Part shown: in pieces, positions 49,955-50,950 of the stretch
Layout of the letters: each line of letters begins with the position of its first letter
Position numbering within the stretch: the first letter of the stretch is position 1
From: Octopus bimaculoides
Taxonomy: Eukaryota
Assembly (NCBI RefSeq): GCF_001194135.2
Contig: NC_068981.1
Location: 46,188,605 to 46,239,554, forward strand
Reading direction: 5' to 3'
Length of the DNA: 50,950 nucleotides
Notes under the pieces: model-generated
The model's input: the letters and a program-made list of their open reading frames with translations, nothing else
Database searches by the model: none
Told to the model about the DNA's origin: nothing
Program-made: the position numbers and the translations under genes

Positions 49955-50352
49955 ACTATCAGCTAATCCCGGTCACACCCGGTCTGTTTGGATGATGTGG
50001 CTTTGATCGTTTTCGGTTAGTCATTGTCTATAACAGCGTTTCTAAAACTTATGATTTCGGGTACCCTTTTTCGATTGGAGCCTCCTGCTGTATAAACAAT
50101 TATTTGACTCCCCCACCCCGTCAGAAAACACCTTCAGGAGTTGTGAAGAACGAATTTGTACGTAGTCTGTTTCTGGGGGATATTCTATTGGACCTCAGTC
50201 TAGTCATAAAAAAACATTGATTTAATTATGAACATAGAAAGAAATTATACATTAATCCCTATTTTTGTAAGCTGTTGTATCCGTAAAAATCTTATTTGCA
50301 GAGAGCAGAAATTGAAAGAAGATATATGAAATGGACGCGTGTGTGTGTGTGT

Positions 50353-50384
<32 letters not shown>

Positions 50385-50915
50385 ATGCGTGTGCGCGTGC
50401 GTGCGTGCATGCGTGCTTGCACGTGTGTATGTGAGAGAGAAACATGTTAAGAAAGAGAGATAGTGTGAGTGAAGGTGTATGTCGTGATGATTGACGTCTT
50501 TTAAGGTACACACACATGCATAGAAAATGTCATCGTTTAAACTTTTTACGATTGTTGATTTATGGAAAAGAATATGTTAAATATTTGAAACGCAAATATG
50601 TGAATGAAAATTAAGCTCAGACCTCTACGTGGTAGCTAAACCTGGTAGAAAGAGCAGCCAAATCCCCCTCAAAATGCCCTACTGTCTTAATCCGGAAATT
50701 CTGCCTAATATGTAGTTTGAAAACTCCTAAAGAACGAATTTGTAGGTAGCCTGTTTCTGAGGTATATTCTATTGAACCTCTGTCTAATCAGGAAAACATT
50801 GATTTAATTATGAACTTAGAAAGAAATTATACATTATTCCCTATTTTTGTAAGCAGTTGTATCCGTAAAAGTTTTATTTGCAGAGAGCAGAAATTGAAAG
50901 AAGAAATATGAAATG

Positions 50916-50950
<35 letters not shown>
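49955..50950 (+). mobile_element. Possible Helentron/HINE-type non-autonomous element with an internal duplication
   Basis: It starts after (TA)n with actatcagctaatcccggtcacacccgg (ACTA-type start plus a CCGG..CCGG hairpin) and contains a ~195-bp direct repeat with (GT)n at 584-bp spacing. Confidence 0.35.
50146..50950 (+). repeat. Direct repeat pair 50146-50338 and 50730-50920 (about 90% identical by hand count), each followed by (GT)n
   Basis: aagaacgaatttgta...aaacattgatttaattatgaac...ccctatttttgtaagc...gcagagagcagaaattgaaagaag...gaaatggacg occurs twice, offset by 584. Confidence 0.95.

Overview
AT-rich, microsatellite-dense animal genomic DNA. The SINE families, which I recognise from memory, and the (TA)n/(CATA)n/(AAT)n load suggest a cephalopod, most likely Octopus; that assignment is inference. 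About 3.9 kb is N-gap in 12 blocks, mostly abutting simple repeats. I found no host protein-coding gene I can support; nearly all listed ORFs are microsatellite- or N-derived. The window is a graveyard of decayed mobile elements: three mariner copies (two with both TIRs), Penelope-like retroelement (PLE) RT and GIY-YIG fragments, R4/Dong-type RLE LINE fragments, a CR1-like remnant, several tRNA-derived SINEs and a possible Helentron-type element. Three signals stand out. (1) A ~0.55-kb repeat present three times at 36.6-38.3 kb whose copies together reconstruct a complete hammerhead ribozyme core, with its three strands in a non-canonical order that is not a circular permutation. (2) Two decayed minimal type-I hammerheads in PLE-type terminal repeats (41.65 kb and 47.27 kb). 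(3) R4/Dong-like LINE fragments that begin directly after (ACAT)n tracts, suggesting a microsatellite-targeting family.
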